Source: an uncultured Gammaproteobacteria bacterium (lineage in GTDB: Bacteria; Pseudomonadota; Gammaproteobacteria; Ga0077536). From it: a stretch of DNA of 64,000 nucleotides. Numbering within the stretch: position 1 is the stretch's first letter; every line of letters starts with the position of its first letter. This document shows positions 62,713 to 64,000 of this stretch, one piece after another. The DNA lies in contig CALKCL010000014.1 of the NCBI GenBank assembly GCA_938082545.1, positions 12,286 through 76,285 on the forward strand, written 5' to 3'. Under the pieces are notes generated by a model. It was given only the letters and a program-made list of their open reading frames with translations. It was not told the DNA's origin and did not search any database. Both the position numbers and the translations under genes were made by a program.

Positions 62713-63921
62713 TTATGGCGCACGGGTTGCAGTTACCCGGCCTTGTGATGAAAAGATAATAGCCATGTCTGAAGCATTAAGAGCCTTGCTCAAAACTCTA
62801 CTTTTGTCAAAGCGTTGTTTGCTAATGAAATCGCCGTTTTTCGCATCCATCCAATAGGTATAGCCTTCATAATCAGATATTATAACTTTCCCATTATAGT
62901 AAGTAGGTCCAGTTGGGTACCTCTCTTCTAAGGTTTCTTTTCTCCAAACTGAAGCCCCGGTGGCTGTGTTTAGAGCCCAAATAGCACCGTCAGCATCAGT
63001 TACATAAACTAAATTTCCACCGACTGAGATCCCTGCGAAAGATGATATCTCTCTCGTCCATTTTATAGTGCCATCTAGGATAGATATTGCAGATATACCA
63101 CCGTTAAAGCTTGCGGCAAACACAGTATCTCTTAGGACTGTCGGTTCTGAGTCCACGTCCACCATCCGCTCAAGATCAGAACGGCCACTGGCAATAGCGA
63201 GTGGACTATCCCATTTAGCTTGTCCCGTTTTTAGGTCCAACGCCACAAATCGACCACTATCAAAGCCAGCATAAACATTATTCCCACTGATAACGGGCGC
63301 TGCATTTCCTCGTAAAGTAAGGGAAGGAACTGTACGGTCGTAATTCCAGAGTTGTTCTCCTGTCTCAGAGCGTAGACCATATAATTTTCCATCTCCGGTT
63401 CGCGTAACGGTTACATTATTAAATGCTTGTGGCGCAGCAAGGACTTCACTTGACACACGTGCAACCCATCTTAGCTTCCCTGTTTTTGCATTTCTGGCAA
63501 TTACGCGCCCATCGCCAGTTCCCATTAGAACCATTCCATCTCCGCTACCGGGGGCGCTTGTGTAAGTGATGTTTTTATCGTGTATTTCCCAGATGGTTGA
63601 GCCGTTGGATGTATCTATAGCCGCAAGTTGGCCATCTTTTGATGCGACGTACAGGTAGGCTCCTATAATTGTCGGTTTAAGGTTTAAGTAAAGATTGTCA
63701 GCTCCTTTACCTATTTTTTTCGACCAGATAGTCTCGATTGTAGTCTTCGGACTATATGAAGTACTTAATATCCCAGTATCCTCTGGAGTTTTTCCGGAAA
63801 ATTTTCCGGAAACAAAGTCTTTTAATGAAGCGCTTTCTTTAAATTTAGAAATGGTTCCACAAGAAATGAGTGATAGAGAAATCAAGAAGACGCCACAACA
63901 TCTTGCTAAATTTGATGTCAC
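62713..63921 (-). CDS. bamB: Outer-membrane assembly lipoprotein BamB
   Basis: Lipobox LISC, PQQ-like propeller repeats, PSLTLRG and LERMVDVD motifs; lies upstream of der. Confidence 0.92.
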   Translation of the reverse strand: MTSNLARCCGVFLISLSLISCGTISKFKESASLKDFVSGKFSGKTPEDTGILSTSYSPKTTIETIWSKKIGKGADNLYLNLKPTIIGAYLYVASKDGQLAAIDTSNGSTIWEIHDKNITYTSAPGSGDGMVLMGTGDGRVIARNAKTGKLRWVARVSSEVLAAPQAFNNVTVTRTGDGKLYGLRSETGEQLWNYDRTVPSLTLRGNAAPVISGNNVYAGFDSGRFVALDLKTGQAKWDSPLAIASGRSDLERMVDVDSEPTVLRDTVFAASFNGGISAISILDGTIKWTREISSFAGISVGGNLVYVTDADGAIWALNTATGASVWRKETLEERYPTGPTYYNGKVIISDYEGYTYWMDAKNGDFISKQRFDKSRVLSKALNASDMAIIFSSQGRVTATRAP

Positions 63922-64000
63922 TGCTTAGTCCCCACTAAATTATTTTCAATATCATTGAGCTTTAGGCTTAGATTGTTCGAGTCCTGTCCGTTAATGATAT
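63918..64000 (-). CDS. C-terminal fragment of a probable YfgM (TPR) protein
   Basis: Open frame ...NLSLKLNDIENNLVGTKQ* whose TGA overlaps the bamB GTG. Identity rests on yfgM-bamB-der synteny and an LKLND-like ending. Confidence 0.5.
   Translation of the reverse strand, partial: IINGQDSNNLSLKLNDIENNLVGTKQ

Noticed and set aside
854..63928. Dozens of 60-176 aa ORFs overlapping real genes (e.g. 6876-7283, 11831-12307, 35762-36292, 46332-46694, 53048-53413)
   Set aside because: They are antisense or alternate-frame shadows of conserved genes, with no motifs or RBS support.
1..64000. CRISPR array, integrase, transposase, prophage, toxin-antitoxin or defence genes
   Set aside because: No regularly spaced repeat array is visible, and every long ORF is explained by a recognisable housekeeping family or by the single oxidoreductase.

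Overview
This window is almost entirely core chromosome of a gammaproteobacterium with moderate GC; the lineage cannot be assigned from the sequence alone. In order it holds: pstCAB-phoU convergent with phoBR; leuS-lptE-holA-proA-nadD-rsfS-rlmH-maf; a PPi-type phosphofructokinase + H+-pyrophosphatase pair; bepA; one accessory FAD-dependent oxidoreductase at the 3' end of tRNA-Lys(UUU); fmdB-aspS-nadA-yebC-ruvCAB-ybgC-tolQRAB-pal-cpoB; murU; yrbG-kdsD-lptCAB-rpoN; mgtE; a small glycine-zipper lipoprotein; DUF2782/polA; hisAFIE-tatABC; rpiA/ilvA; a VOC-fold gene; rpe-gph-trpGDC; queG; perM-dapA-bamC-MBL hydrolase; and yfgM(partial)-bamB-der. I found no CRISPR array, integrase, transposase, prophage or defence system, and no clear multi-gene novel system. 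The best leads are: (1) a VOC-fold protein that seems to start at an ATT codon behind a perfect Shine-Dalgarno and lacks the usual metal-binding His residues; (2) a pfp-hppA pyrophosphate-energy module; (3) the single-gene islet at tRNA-Lys and a tandem repeat on the tRNA promoter; (4) a possible decayed hpf relic after rpoN; (5) repeated clean loss of genes from conserved operons (trpE, kdsC, amgK, hpf-ptsN-rapZ-npr, queEC). All product calls come from motif recognition and synteny, not from database searches.
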